Shown: one piece after another, positions 18,493 to 30,000 of the stretch
Position numbering within the stretch: the stretch's first letter is position 1
Layout: each line of letters begins with the position of its first letter
IMG/VR virus record: IMGVR_UViG_3300047462_000311
Direction: 5' to 3' (one strand)
DNA length: 59,143 nt
DNA from: a virus
Translations under genes and position numbers: made by a program
The notes under the pieces: model-generated
Seen by the model: only the letters and a program-made list of their open reading frames with translations
Database searches by the model: none
What the model was told of the DNA's origin: nothing

Positions 18493-19038
18493 ATGTGCGG
18501 CGGCGACGCGCTTGCTTCTCAAAAACAACAAGAAGCCAATCAGCAAATAGCTCTAAACCAGCAGTTGATGAACATGATGCAGCAATACAAGGCGCAGACG
18601 GACCCGTTCTGGATGAGCCGTCTCAGCGGCGGGTTGCCATACATGAATCAGCTCACCGATTACAGCAAGGGTGCGACCGCCCAGGCATTTGCCCCTGCCT
18701 GGGGGCAGTTGAATCGCAATCTGGCAGGGTTCGGCGATACCCTTCCGTCTGGGATGAAAGAGCAATTGATGCAAAATCTAAGCGCCTCGGAGGGCCAAGC
18801 ATTCGACAGCAATATCATCAATGCGCTACAGCAGAATGAGGCCACCAAACAATCCGCAGCCGCTTCTCTGAACCCGTTCCAGCCAGCCCAGTTGGCGAGT
18901 AACGCGGCAGGCAGCGTCCTTTCCGCGCCTCCGGTGCAAAGTGGAGGCATAGGGAATTTCCTCGGCGGTGCGGTCAGCGGACTCTTCAACGCCGCTGGCC
19001 AGGCGCACGGATTTAGCAACCTATTTGCCGGCATATAA
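18493..19038 (+). CDS. Internal virion protein candidate (181 aa, Q/N/G-rich)
   Basis: Low-complexity Q/N-rich protein preceding two larger internal-protein candidates, the usual podovirus order. Confidence 0.45.
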   Translation: MCGGDALASQKQQEANQQIALNQQLMNMMQQYKAQTDPFWMSRLSGGLPYMNQLTDYSKGATAQAFAPAWGQLNRNLAGFGDTLPSGMKEQLMQNLSASEGQAFDSNIINALQQNEATKQSAAASLNPFQPAQLASNAAGSVLSAPPVQSGGIGNFLGGAVSGLFNAAGQAHGFSNLFAGI

Positions 19039-19048
19039 AAGGAATCTC

Positions 19049-20428
19049 ATGTGCCACACGCAACAAACACAAGATATGCCACTGGAAACACCGACGATCA
19101 CGCCGCCGGATTCCGGTCCCGGCGCAGAATTGTCACGCACACTGAATGCCGAGAAAGAGGCTAACCCGCAGATGGTGTCAGTCAAGACGCCAACAAAATT
19201 CGGGATGCTGATGAACTTGATGGCGCCAATGCTAGAAGGGGCAGCCGTTGGCGGCTTCACTGGAAAGGGGCATCCCGGAGGAGGCTTTGGCGCAGCCCAG
19301 GATTATTTCGTCCAGCAGCGGATGCGCCAGATGCAAGCGCAGCAATTTCTTGCCAATATGCAAAAAACGCAAGCTGACGTGGAAAAAGCGAGGGCTGAAG
19401 CAGAATGGAACTTGCGCCGCCCTGGCCTCACGAGAACGGCCCCGGCAATACATGGCATTGGGCCCTCCGGCGAGCCTGTTTTCATGGCGCAAAATCCGAA
19501 CACGAATCAATGGGAAGTCATCAATGGCATTTCTCCAGAAGGGCCGCTGCCAGACTATCAAACCATCGGAACCAACGCAGGAATCGTAAAGTATGACAAG
19601 CGCGGGATAGCGCCAACCCTGCCGCTCACCATGCAAACGCAGCAATCTGCCGCTGTCGGCAATCAACTGCCAGAGAATATAGCGCCACTCGCCAATTCTG
19701 AGCTCTGGGGAGGCCCCAGCAGGAGCGATCTGCAAGGTCCATTGCCTACAAAATTCAATTCTGGACGGCCCAGGATGAGCGCAAGCATTCCGTCTGCGCC
19801 GCCAACGGCAATCCCACAGATACTGCAACCGCCGCCGAAACAGGAGCGCGAAGAAACCCCAGAACAGCAAGATTTTGATTATCTAACCACGCCAAAGGAA
19901 AAAGGCGGCATGGGCCTTACCCCGGATCAGGCACATGCCAGAATGCGAGCCCAGGACCGCAGGCCAGATGAAAGCGATCAGCCGCTGACGGGCCAGCGGT
20001 ACAATGTAGCAAGGCAAAAAATACAAAGCGCCTTGAATCGCCAGTTCGCGGAATCCGAATCACGCAGAAAGGCGGACTTGGCAGCGCTCGAAAAGAAGCA
20101 TAGTACGGGAGAAATTACCGACGACGAGTATGCCTCCCAGAGACAACAGATTGAGGAGGACAATGCCGACCGCAAGCAGGCCGCACACGAACAAGCTGCG
20201 GCGGAAGCCCAAGGAATGGGCATTAACCTTGGCGTTGTCCCGAACTATCGTGAACAACTACGCGGCGGAGGAGGACGGGGTGCCACATCTGGACAGGAGG
20301 CAAGCGGGAAGACGGTAACAATGGACGTTGTGGATGCCTGGGCCAGACACAGTGGAATTTCGCGCGATCAGGCTTTAGCGCAATTCAAGAAGAGAGGCTA
20401 TATCGTTGGCAACGGCAGTGTCCGATGA
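19049..20428 (+). CDS. Internal virion / ejection protein candidate (459 aa)
   Basis: ATG 19049 with AAGGA upstream. P/Q-rich with a charged coiled-coil C-terminus. Confidence 0.5.
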   Translation: MCHTQQTQDMPLETPTITPPDSGPGAELSRTLNAEKEANPQMVSVKTPTKFGMLMNLMAPMLEGAAVGGFTGKGHPGGGFGAAQDYFVQQRMRQMQAQQFLANMQKTQADVEKARAEAEWNLRRPGLTRTAPAIHGIGPSGEPVFMAQNPNTNQWEVINGISPEGPLPDYQTIGTNAGIVKYDKRGIAPTLPLTMQTQQSAAVGNQLPENIAPLANSELWGGPSRSDLQGPLPTKFNSGRPRMSASIPSAPPTAIPQILQPPPKQEREETPEQQDFDYLTTPKEKGGMGLTPDQAHARMRAQDRRPDESDQPLTGQRYNVARQKIQSALNRQFAESESRRKADLAALEKKHSTGEITDDEYASQRQQIEEDNADRKQAAHEQAAAEAQGMGINLGVVPNYREQLRGGGGRGATSGQEASGKTVTMDVVDAWARHSGISRDQALAQFKKRGYIVGNGSVR

Positions 20429-23400
20429 TCTGGACCAATTTGTGGCGAACTATCGCGCCAAGGGTGTGCCCAAAAGTTCTGGCGATGATGAGTTAGATCA
20501 ATTCGTCAAGAGCTATTCGGAGGAGAAATCGGCGCCCCCAGACACCCGTTCGCCATTTGGAACACTTGCGGAACGTTCCGCGCGTCTTGGCGAGCCTATG
20601 ATTCCGCTGGCTCCCCCAAAGAATTTATTCGTTGATACGACAAAAATTCCAAGGAATCCATTTACGAACGAGCTTGAGCTTGCCCCCCCCATAGCGACCG
20701 AGGAAGAGAAGCAGCGTGCCGGAACTATTGGACCAAGGCCAAATACCGAAATCCCCATGCCATTCGGTGCCGCGCCCGCGCAGGTTCCAGATATTACCGG
20801 AGCGCTGCCGCGTGCCATTGCCGCAGGGGCATATCCCGGATCCTTTGCAGAGGAGCTAAAGCGCAGAGCTGGAGTAACGGACGCCGAGCTACAGCGCGAG
20901 CAAGCTGGCGGCCTGCGCCTTTTCGATCCCGCAGAGTTGATGACGGAATCTCAGCAGCATGAACACCCAATCGCCACCGGAGCGCTCCAGGCCATTGGCG
21001 GACTGACGACACCGGAAAACATCGGCATCACTGCCGCAACGGCTGGTATTGGCGAAGCACCGGCTGCTGTCAGGGCCGGATTGAGCACTCTCTTTGCAAT
21101 GCAGATGGCCAAGGGTGCCTATGACGCCATTCCCGGGATCCGCGACGCTTGGAACCGTGGCGACTATGCGGAAGTCAAGCGCCTTGCGACGCTGGCCGGA
21201 GTGAATACGGCACTGGCCGGGGCCGCTGCTGGGCACGGCGTAAATGAATTTCGAGAAGCGGCTTATGGAGAGCCCGCGCCATTAACACTGCCCCCAGGAA
21301 CGGTCAGTGCGCCGCTTAAGGTAGACGAAGCACTTGGCCGTGGCGCACGCCGAATGCAAGAATTCGAGGCCAACAATGCTGCCCGCGAAGGCATGGCGAA
21401 TCTCGCCAATGCCGAGAGCGCGATTGAGAGAGCAAGACAGGAGCGCATAAATGCGCCAGTAGCCATGCCTCGCACGTTTAACCCAGATGAATATCCTCGC
21501 TTGTTGCCCGGGCCCATCCAGGGTCCAGAGACAAATCCCCTTGAACGAGAAGCGACTCAGGTTTTGGAACAGCGAAAGCCCACCGGGCCGCAGGTTGTGG
21601 ATCGCCGCCGCGTAGGCGCTGGAGAGAATCTTGCGCCGGAATCACCCGCAACACTGCGCAAACAAGTCGATATGCTGGCCGAAGGCACGAATAAGGTTGT
21701 GTACTTTCCAAAGGGAACGGAGAATCTCCCCGCGCCGCCGGACAACGCCGTGGTGACAAACGTGCCCGGTGATAAGCCGGGAAGCGGAATTTACTACCAC
21801 GACCCAAGCATCAAGTCCGAGGACATTTATTCAGCGGTCGATAATGGAACCTATGGGAAGCTGCTTGGCAATGTACAAACAAAGCAGGAAGCGGAAAAAG
21901 GAAATCCCGGAGTGCTTGTCTCGCGGGATGCAAACGGAACGGAACAGAAGGCCAGTGTAGTTGATCTTCGCCGAAAGGCAATCGTACGTTTGCAGGAAAA
22001 AGAGCTGAACCGCCAGTTTCCAAATGGGCAAGTCAGCGTGGAGACGCCCGAGAAGGTGATTTCCGAACGCCAGAAAGAACCGGCGCAACCCTTGCCGGCG
22101 AAATTCAGGACGGACAAGGCCGCAAATATAGCTGCGGCGCAGCCGACAAAAGAGCAAATGATCGATGCCTTCCGTACGGATAAGGGGCGCCTTGAAACAG
22201 AACGCCGCTCTGCCTCGCCGGAAGAGCAGTCTCTTATCGATGATCGCCTGGCAACCATCAACCAGCATCTCGAGGAACTAACCGGACAAAAGCCGTTACA
22301 GAAATTCGTAGATCGCCCTGGCACTGACATTGACAAATTTGTCGAGCAATATGGTAAGCCATCGAGTTCGGAGCAGGCCGAAAAAGCGGCTGTTTCTCCA
22401 GGCGACTATGTAGAAGCCAGCAATGGCGCATTGGCTGGCAAAACGCTGGAAGTTACCAAAGCGGGGAAAAGCGGCATTTACGTCCGCGAGGGTGATGGCC
22501 CCATTAAGTTCGTAAAAAACGGTGAGTATCGGAGACTAGAAGCAGCAAAGGAAGTCAAGGATTTGATCGGTGCCGGGAAGAGGTATTCTGGAGCCGATCC
22601 GCGAATCCTAAAGAATCTCATTCCTGAGCCACTGCGGGAGAAATTGGCGGAAGAAAATCGCTACGTTGCCTTGTCCAGGAATGTCCAAGGGGGCATGTAT
22701 GATCTGGAATCTCAAGCGGCGGCGGACATGCTCCGTGCGCGGGAGATACTGAAGAATGCCCCAGGAAGCCCCAAAGACCTTGAAACGATTTATCACAGCC
22801 TCGAAGATTCCAGTATAAAACTCACCCCCGAACAGGCCAAGATTCGTGAACAGTATGTTAAACCCCTGATGGATGCGTCGCGCGAAGCCTATGAGAAAAT
22901 CACCGGCAATAAGGTCGCCGAGGGCGATGAGCACGTTCACCGCATTGCAGCAGAGCGCGGCGGCATACTGGACAGGATACTCGGCGGAAAGGGCAAACTG
23001 AACGCGGGGAACCCATTATCCAAATCGGCCCCTGGGGCGAAGCGCCGCACAATGATGGCGCTCGAAGATGAGAACGGAAATCGCCGGGTGGTATCGATCA
23101 AGGACAACCATGTCACGGCATGGGAACAGGGCCGCCCTGCGGACATGGGAAGATTTCGCACGCCAGCGCAGAAGGGCGTGGACGAATACTACGACGAAAA
23201 AGTTATGTCGGGACTCGAAAAGCTGGCGTCCGATCTCGGAATCTCTCATGAGCGCACGGCCAAAAAATTGGGCGGAGAGGAAAAAATCCCCGGCACGTTT
23301 GTTGATAAGTCAGGAAAGCGATGGAATGTTAAGCAGGCGACAACGAAAGAGATAGAGGCCAACACCAATATCCGGTACTACAAAAACGCGCTAGCTTCGG

Positions 23401-25172
23401 CGGTTCTAGATTTCCTGCAAATGCGGCGTGCCGATCGTGCATACGATTACCTGGAGGGTTTCAAGAATTCACCGGAATTCGGCGAGATCGCGCACAAGAT
23501 AGGAAGCGGAAATGCCCCGGAGGGCTGGCGTCCAACCATGCTTCCACAGTTCCATGGCTACTTGTTCGAGCCGCATACGGCGGAAGTGCTTGACTGGTTT
23601 GCAAAAAGGATGAATGGCGGTGATGCCGGGGTAATCGACCGGGCGATGCAGGGGATCAATCACTTTTTACGGACGGCGGCATTTTTCAATCCGCTCATTC
23701 ACACACCAAACATCGGGGTGCATTGGGCCGTCGAGAAAGGCGTGACCGGATTTGGGCCGAAGAACTGGGGAACCATCCTCCGCACGGGATCACGCGCCAT
23801 TGATGCTGTCATCCATCAGAATCAGGATTTTCTAGATGCGCTCGATTCCGGCGCCCCGCTGCAATCGCAGAGGCTGGATAACGACGTTGTAAATAAGCTC
23901 ATTATTCAGCGCATGGGAAAAGAATTGGAATCGAATCCTGGTTATGCCGCAAAGATTGCCGGGGCTTTGGGCTACGCAAATCCGCTAAAGCTGGTTCGGG
24001 CCATCTATGACTTTTCCAACAAGGCCACGTGGATGACGAACGACATAGCCCTGCTCCAGGCAACGTATGAGCACATGGAACGAACTGGGCAACCATTCAA
24101 AGAAGCAGTTGCGGACGTTGCCAAGCACATACCGGATTATAGGCTGCCCACCCGCATTTTTGACAGCAAAGCGCTTGGCACGCTGATGAGCAATCCCAAT
24201 CTAACCATGTTCGGAGCGTACCACTACGGTGCATTGCGCAGTTACGGAGAAATGATAAAGGAAATGGCCGCAGAAAATGTTCCGCCAGCGCAACGGCTGA
24301 AATCGCTGGATCGTATGGCCATGCTCGGACTTGTCACATTCGCAGCCTATCCGGCAATGGATCAGCTTGCAAAACTTGTAACAGGAGACAAGACAGCGCA
24401 GCTCCGCCGCGCCGGAGCCAGCACCTTCATCTACAATCTCGCACAATTGCTCAAGGGAGATAAAACACCAACGGAGGCACTTCAAGCGGTGGCAACTCCG
24501 GCGGCTGGCACCAAATCCGCGGTGGAACTGGCATTTAACAAGGATTTGCGCACCGGGCGCGATATCTATGATTCATCGGCCCCAGCGCGGACGATTGCCA
24601 AGCAAGTGGGTCGCTACGCGCTAAAGAGTGTAAACCCGGTGGGCATGGGCATGGATTTGGAATCCGGCAAAAAAACACTGAAGCAATTGGGAGCTGGCCT
24701 CTTTGGCGTCAAAACGAACGTGCAAACTCCGGCAGAAGCGCTCGCTTCACGATTGCTGGCAAAGTCCATGGGAACCGCCGCGCCAGACGAGGATACTCTG
24801 GAACGCGCCACGATGCGGCGGACCTATGAACAAAGGCTGCGCGACAAGGAGATTACTCCGGCTGACGTTGCGAAAGATCGTGCCTCGGGAAAACTAAATG
24901 CGCACGATCAGGAGATTATCTTGCGCAATGCCGCGCGGACACCCTTGCAGAATGCCATGCGCAATCTTGGCCCCGAAGAAGCATTAAAGGTTTGGAACAA
25001 GGCGACGCCAGAAGAGCAGCAGCAAATCCGCACGCTGTTTGCCGGAAAACTAAGCTCCATGGGAAAAGTGCCGCCAGAGCGCCGCGAGCAGGTGCGCCAG
25101 CAGATTCTATTGGCCCTCCATCCGCACACTCCAGCGGCCGGCGGCCTGCCTCGCGTGTTTTCAGGAATCTGA
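20406..25172 (+). CDS. Giant internal virion / DNA-ejection protein (1,588 aa)
   Basis: Single uninterrupted ORF (TTG 20406 or GTG 18 in-frame nt later at 20418). Sits between the internal proteins and the fibre genes. No enzymatic motif recognised. Confidence 0.6.
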   Translation: MATAVSDDLDQFVANYRAKGVPKSSGDDELDQFVKSYSEEKSAPPDTRSPFGTLAERSARLGEPMIPLAPPKNLFVDTTKIPRNPFTNELELAPPIATEEEKQRAGTIGPRPNTEIPMPFGAAPAQVPDITGALPRAIAAGAYPGSFAEELKRRAGVTDAELQREQAGGLRLFDPAELMTESQQHEHPIATGALQAIGGLTTPENIGITAATAGIGEAPAAVRAGLSTLFAMQMAKGAYDAIPGIRDAWNRGDYAEVKRLATLAGVNTALAGAAAGHGVNEFREAAYGEPAPLTLPPGTVSAPLKVDEALGRGARRMQEFEANNAAREGMANLANAESAIERARQERINAPVAMPRTFNPDEYPRLLPGPIQGPETNPLEREATQVLEQRKPTGPQVVDRRRVGAGENLAPESPATLRKQVDMLAEGTNKVVYFPKGTENLPAPPDNAVVTNVPGDKPGSGIYYHDPSIKSEDIYSAVDNGTYGKLLGNVQTKQEAEKGNPGVLVSRDANGTEQKASVVDLRRKAIVRLQEKELNRQFPNGQVSVETPEKVISERQKEPAQPLPAKFRTDKAANIAAAQPTKEQMIDAFRTDKGRLETERRSASPEEQSLIDDRLATINQHLEELTGQKPLQKFVDRPGTDIDKFVEQYGKPSSSEQAEKAAVSPGDYVEASNGALAGKTLEVTKAGKSGIYVREGDGPIKFVKNGEYRRLEAAKEVKDLIGAGKRYSGADPRILKNLIPEPLREKLAEENRYVALSRNVQGGMYDLESQAAADMLRAREILKNAPGSPKDLETIYHSLEDSSIKLTPEQAKIREQYVKPLMDASREAYEKITGNKVAEGDEHVHRIAAERGGILDRILGGKGKLNAGNPLSKSAPGAKRRTMMALEDENGNRRVVSIKDNHVTAWEQGRPADMGRFRTPAQKGVDEYYDEKVMSGLEKLASDLGISHERTAKKLGGEEKIPGTFVDKSGKRWNVKQATTKEIEANTNIRYYKNALASAVLDFLQMRRADRAYDYLEGFKNSPEFGEIAHKIGSGNAPEGWRPTMLPQFHGYLFEPHTAEVLDWFAKRMNGGDAGVIDRAMQGINHFLRTAAFFNPLIHTPNIGVHWAVEKGVTGFGPKNWGTILRTGSRAIDAVIHQNQDFLDALDSGAPLQSQRLDNDVVNKLIIQRMGKELESNPGYAAKIAGALGYANPLKLVRAIYDFSNKATWMTNDIALLQATYEHMERTGQPFKEAVADVAKHIPDYRLPTRIFDSKALGTLMSNPNLTMFGAYHYGALRSYGEMIKEMAAENVPPAQRLKSLDRMAMLGLVTFAAYPAMDQLAKLVTGDKTAQLRRAGASTFIYNLAQLLKGDKTPTEALQAVATPAAGTKSAVELAFNKDLRTGRDIYDSSAPARTIAKQVGRYALKSVNPVGMGMDLESGKKTLKQLGAGLFGVKTNVQTPAEALASRLLAKSMGTAAPDEDTLERATMRRTYEQRLRDKEITPADVAKDRASGKLNAHDQEIILRNAARTPLQNAMRNLGPEEALKVWNKATPEEQQQIRTLFAGKLSSMGKVPPERREQVRQQILLALHPHTPAAGGLPRVFSGI

Positions 25173-25355
25173 ATTACCAGGCCAAAGAAGCTGCTTGATG
25201 AGCAGTAGTGGCGAGCCGATTGCCGCTATTACGAGCAGCGGAACCATGATTGCTTTGGCGATGGAGAAGCCGGCAAGCCCATCGAAAAAGCCATAAAGAG
25301 ACCCGATCCAGAAAGCAAATGCCAAAATGGATATGAGGACTTTAAGCCATCTCAT
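25161..25355 (-). CDS. Small two-TM membrane protein (64 aa) antisense to the late operon
   Basis: MRWLKVLISILAFAFWIGSLYGFF and MVPLLVIAAIGSPLLLI are clean hydrophobic helices. Convergent 12-nt overlap with the giant gene. No clear SD. Confidence 0.45.
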   Translation of the reverse strand: MRWLKVLISILAFAFWIGSLYGFFDGLAGFSIAKAIMVPLLVIAAIGSPLLLIKQLLWPGNSDS

Positions 25356-25414
25356 GTCCGAGATTCTTCACTGAAATCGTTCCAACATTCAAGACAAAGG
25401 AAAAGCGAAAGAGC

Positions 25415-27043
25415 ATGAAGCGGCTTCTGCTGATTTTCATGGTATGCCTCATGGTCCCGCTTGGGCTGCGGGCGCAAGTCTCCGTAACCGGGAACCTAAA
25501 GGACGTTGGTGTCGCAAACGTTACAGGATCGAACACGTTCGTGCGATTTACGCTGACAAATTACGGGTCCAACATACCGAAGGTTGTAGGCTCCAATCTG
25601 ATTGCTGTGCCCGTAAAGGATTTCCATCCCGACATAAATGGGAACATCAGCGGAACAATCCAGCCAAATTCTTCGATTTCGCCAATCGGCACGCTATATC
25701 AAGTTTGCATTTTCTACCAGGGACAACAGTTCCGCTGCGCGACGTATTTGATCAGCGGCCCGTTTGACCTGGGTACGGCGGTGCCAATCAGTTCAACGCC
25801 AATCGTCGGACCAAACCAGCTTGTGACACAAATTTTTCTCTGCCCTCAGTTCTCTGCCTCAACGACATGGACATGCGTCCACAATTTTGGAGACTTCAAT
25901 GTCGGATGGCAGCTCTACGACCAAAACAACAACGGAATCGGATTTCCCAACACCGTTTCCGAGCCGGATGCAAACACCATTGTTTTTACATGGATTACTC
26001 CGCAGGCCGGAAGGGCGGAGATATTGCACGCTGGCGCTGTGAATATAGCGACAAATCAGCCGAACGCGGTGGTGCAAAATCCGCTGGGCAGCCAAACGGT
26101 TTGCTGCTTTCCGCTCGCTGTCACGAGCGCGTTCAATGCCACCGGAGGAGGGTCCTTTTCCGGCACATTTTCCGGGAATCCTACCTTCTCTGGCAATCCG
26201 GTATTTTCAGGAAACCCCGTATTTTCCGGCGGCGTAAAGGCTGGATTTTTTTCTACGGCAGCGGCCAATCCGGCACAAACCGGACTGTTGCGCCTGGCAG
26301 CCGCCGATTCGATTGCATTCCGCAACAACGCAAATTCCTCCGACCTCGCGCTTGGCATAGACGGCTCGAACAATCTAAGACTTGACGGTTTTCCAGCGGA
26401 TGTGGTGGCACGCCTTGTTTCGAGATCGGCAAACCCATCGCAAACAGGAAGCATCTCCCTTGCGGTCGCCGATTCAATCTCTTGGCGAAACAATGCCAAT
26501 AGCGCGGACTTGGCTCTTGGATTGAACGGCAGTGACCGTCTCGTATTCTCACTTGATCCGGTTGTCACGGATGCCTCTACTGACACGCTTACGAACAAAA
26601 CGCTAAATTCCCCGGTTGTAAGCACTCCGGTCATAAATGGTGCCAGCACTGGAACCGGGATTCAGGGAAATGCTCCTAGGCTCCTAACAGACGACGCCAC
26701 CGGATCGGCTGGGAATCCGTTATGCCGGGCCTCGGGCGGCGGATCAACCGCATGTTCGGTTACAAGTATTCCCTATCGTCGCGTCGTTTCCAGCAACAGT
26801 TGCGCGAATACTGGATCGGCTGGCGGCGCAACGCAAACCTGCACCATCACAATCTCGCCAGCCGAAGCGGATACCAGCTATCACGCAATCTGCGGCGGCG
26901 AGGGCACCGTAACCGGATATCCACTCATGCTCGGTGTAAGCAGCAAGGGAACAACCACGATTACAGTCACATATTCCGATGGAACAAACAACATGGCAAC
27001 AGCTTCGGGATGGTCCACGATTTCATGCGAAATTCTACGATGA
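25415..27043 (+). CDS. Tail-fibre-like protein with Sec-type signal peptide (542 aa)
   Basis: MKRLLLIFMVCLMVPLGLRA-QV. Beta-rich, with FSGNP(T/V) tandem heptads and repeated NANS(S/A)DLALG segments. Confidence 0.7.
   Translation: MKRLLLIFMVCLMVPLGLRAQVSVTGNLKDVGVANVTGSNTFVRFTLTNYGSNIPKVVGSNLIAVPVKDFHPDINGNISGTIQPNSSISPIGTLYQVCIFYQGQQFRCATYLISGPFDLGTAVPISSTPIVGPNQLVTQIFLCPQFSASTTWTCVHNFGDFNVGWQLYDQNNNGIGFPNTVSEPDANTIVFTWITPQAGRAEILHAGAVNIATNQPNAVVQNPLGSQTVCCFPLAVTSAFNATGGGSFSGTFSGNPTFSGNPVFSGNPVFSGGVKAGFFSTAAANPAQTGLLRLAAADSIAFRNNANSSDLALGIDGSNNLRLDGFPADVVARLVSRSANPSQTGSISLAVADSISWRNNANSADLALGLNGSDRLVFSLDPVVTDASTDTLTNKTLNSPVVSTPVINGASTGTGIQGNAPRLLTDDATGSAGNPLCRASGGGSTACSVTSIPYRRVVSSNSCANTGSAGGATQTCTITISPAEADTSYHAICGGEGTVTGYPLMLGVSSKGTTTITVTYSDGTNNMATASGWSTISCEILR
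26156..26233 (+). repeat. In-frame tandem repeat encoding FSGT-FSGNPT-FSGNPV-FSGNPV-FSGG
   Basis: Read directly: ttt tcc ggN aaY ccN NNN units repeated head to tail. Confidence 0.8.
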
Positions 27044-30000
27044 AAAGACTGGCGCAAGCATGCTTCATTCTGATGGCATGTGCATTCGTGCGCGAACCCG
27101 CTCTCGCGCAGATGCAGACGGACAGTATCGCGGCACGCGGAAACGTAACCGCCAAAGTTCTGGCAAACTCGCAAACAGTAACGATTGCCGGAACGACGCC
27201 GAACGTTTCAGGCGGCAACGTGTTTCTTACCAACAACAGCGGCCCCACAACGATAACCAACTTCACCGGCGGGATCGACAGCCAGCAGATCGTCGTGGTA
27301 TGCGGAGATACAAATACCACCATTCAGAACAACGCCAATATCGCACTTACTGGCGGAACAAACTATGCGTGTGCCCTGAATCAGGGGATTCAGCTCGCCT
27401 TCGTTGGCGGAAAGTGGATTCAGACCGGCACGGCGACTGGAGGCGGCGGAGGCGGTTCCAGTCCTGCTGGAAATAACGGAGACGTGCAGATACGGAATGG
27501 CACATCCCTTTCCGCGGCTCATATCAATGACAATGGAGCCACCATTGGCATCTCCGAAGACACCAATTGGAAGGGGCCAAATCCCTCGGTAAATTTGTTC
27601 CAATATGGCGCTTATCTCGGCTCAACAACACCGCCAACCATTTCTTGCACAACGGCGGCCTCATCGGCGAATTTAACCTGCTCCGGCGGGACCGGTGATT
27701 TTGCGGTCGGCCACGGAGTGGCCGTGCCAATGGCTGGACCGGCCCCAGTCGTGACCACGCCAAATGCTCCCGTCTCCATCGTGTCGCTTTCAATAAGCAG
27801 TAATGTGGCAACGATAGCAATGGCCTCGACAGCCGGATTCAGCAACGGGTCATCCGTCGTCGTTTCGGGTGCCAGCGACTCGACGCTCAACGGCACCTAC
27901 ACTGGCGTAAACACGGTAAATGCAGGCACGTTCACCGCGTCGATTACGCACGCAAATTGCTCCCCATGCACCATTGGAGGGAGCGCTACGGTGGTCGCAA
28001 GCACACCAGCCCTCGTTACTCCTGTTGGACAGGTTGGCGGCTCGACAACCTACAATTACAAAATCGTAGCTCGGGACTTTAACGAAGGACTGTCCGCCGC
28101 CAGCACCGCAATTACTACGACTTCGGGATGGGCGACGCTTGGCGTTCAAACTTACTCGATTGCCAATAATGGCTGTTCATGGAACAGCACAAGCGGGCTG
28201 GAGACCTTTACCACGACCGCGGCTCACAACATCCCCAATCAGCCGGACATTGAGATTTTCGTATCGATTAACGGTGTCGTGAATTTGACCGGCGCATTCG
28301 TGACGGCGGGAGCGCCAACTGCAACGACTGTTACCGTCGCGATGCAGGGAATCGCCACACAGACGCAGACATGCCCATCGGGCGGGACGTTAAAAGTCGT
28401 CGCGCGAAATTTCGTGCAATGGACTCCCCAGCCATATCAGGCTCTTGGTTGGCTTGTTTACCGGTCTGTAGGCGCAGGAGCATATTCTCTTGTAGCCGTG
28501 CTCAACGGCCAAGACTCGAGCTTCTATGACTGGGGATATGGAAGCCCGGTAAAATCCGGCGCCCCGGCGGTCTACATCCCATCGACGCCGCCGAGTTCGC
28601 CGCAAAATGGCACGCTGGCCGCGCTCATCACGGCGATCAACGGAACGACCGTTACACTGTCCAGTGCGGCTTCCGCCAGCCTTACAACTACGGTTCTGCA
28701 TGACAATTCTCCGAACGTGATGGCGGCTTGCAACTCGCTTGGAACTGGAGGGCTTGATATCTACTATCCCGGCGCGAACTCCTTCATGGTGTTCAATTCG
28801 CCGCTAAAACTTTATGGCTGTTCCTCGGGACAGATGCGCCATATCCTGGGCACTCAAATCGTAGCCAACGAACCGATTATCCCGAAGAGTTTTACTTTCT
28901 TCGAGGGGCGTGCGCTCGGCAACAACAGCCAGATTCCGCCGTTCATGACCAGGCCAGTTACCAATATGTTCTGCGGCGTGATGCCATGTTTCCTGCTGAC
29001 TTTCCAGCCGACTGTCGGTGGCCCCATCAGCTCGATAACCCTGAAAGACATAGCCATACAGTCAAGCCAGCCCTACGTGAGCGGAATCTACATGGATCAG
29101 GATGCCACCGGGGCGGGTATAACCTCAATTACTCTTGACAGTGTGTATGTATCGGCGAACAAGGGAGGCATTGCACTCCGCTTTGGTGGCGGTTTTTACT
29201 TCAACATCCTCGGAGGATTTTACGGCATCACGGGGGCCAACGGCGGAGACTGGGGCTATCCTCCGGCAATTTGGGAGACCGTAAACCAGGGACTAGGACA
29301 GAACACGCAGGGGCTGTCTTATCTATCGCAGATGAAAAATGCGACGATAGAAGGCGGCGAGTTTTACTTTGACACAAACAGAGAACAGTTTTTTGGAAAT
29401 TTCGGGACAGGGCCAGGCCAGTGGGAATTCAGCAACATCCTTTCGGAAAGCAATCAGTATCCGATACTGCATTTCAACACGTCGGCGTCAACATTTTTTC
29501 TTAACGGCATCAGCGTGAAAGACCTTTCCTACGCGGATCCGCTGGGCAACATCGCCACGCCGCTAATTGAGCTTGGTGATTCCCGCTTCAACTTCATCCG
29601 CTTTTCCACAAAGGGAGGCTTCAGCGTTTGCGGCAATGGCTCCCAGCCTATTTTTGCGTCGATTACTACCAGCCCGGCAGTGGATATTGATGGAGGCACA
29701 AACTGCGGAACTATTGGGCTGTTTAACTACGCTGTACGCTCAAATGGATCATTTGCTATCGTTGGAAAATCAACCTTCGAGTCGTACGGAGTATCGACAA
29801 TTGGCTATGCCATGGGTGCTCCAACGATTTCCAGCGTGAATACTGTATCCGGCAGTCTTGCGGCTGGCACCTACTACTACTCCATTCGCGGGGTGGACAG
29901 AAATGGAAATGTTACAACGAGCTCGCCTGTCGTCGGTCCCTTCACATCGAATGGAAGCCAAGCCCTGACACTGAATTTCAGCCTGGTGCCTGGACAGGCT

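Noticed and set aside
26722-27039. Upstream extensions of ORF-track entries (26722, 3738, 37263, 38139, 39308, 43577, 49253, 50345, 51756, 18968, 57834..58385 long form, 41917..42435 long form)
   Set aside because: Each extension overlaps the 3' end of the preceding gene in another frame. An internal ATG with an SD or an ATGA junction gives a compact, non-overlapping gene. Signal peptides and conserved N-termini begin at the internal start.
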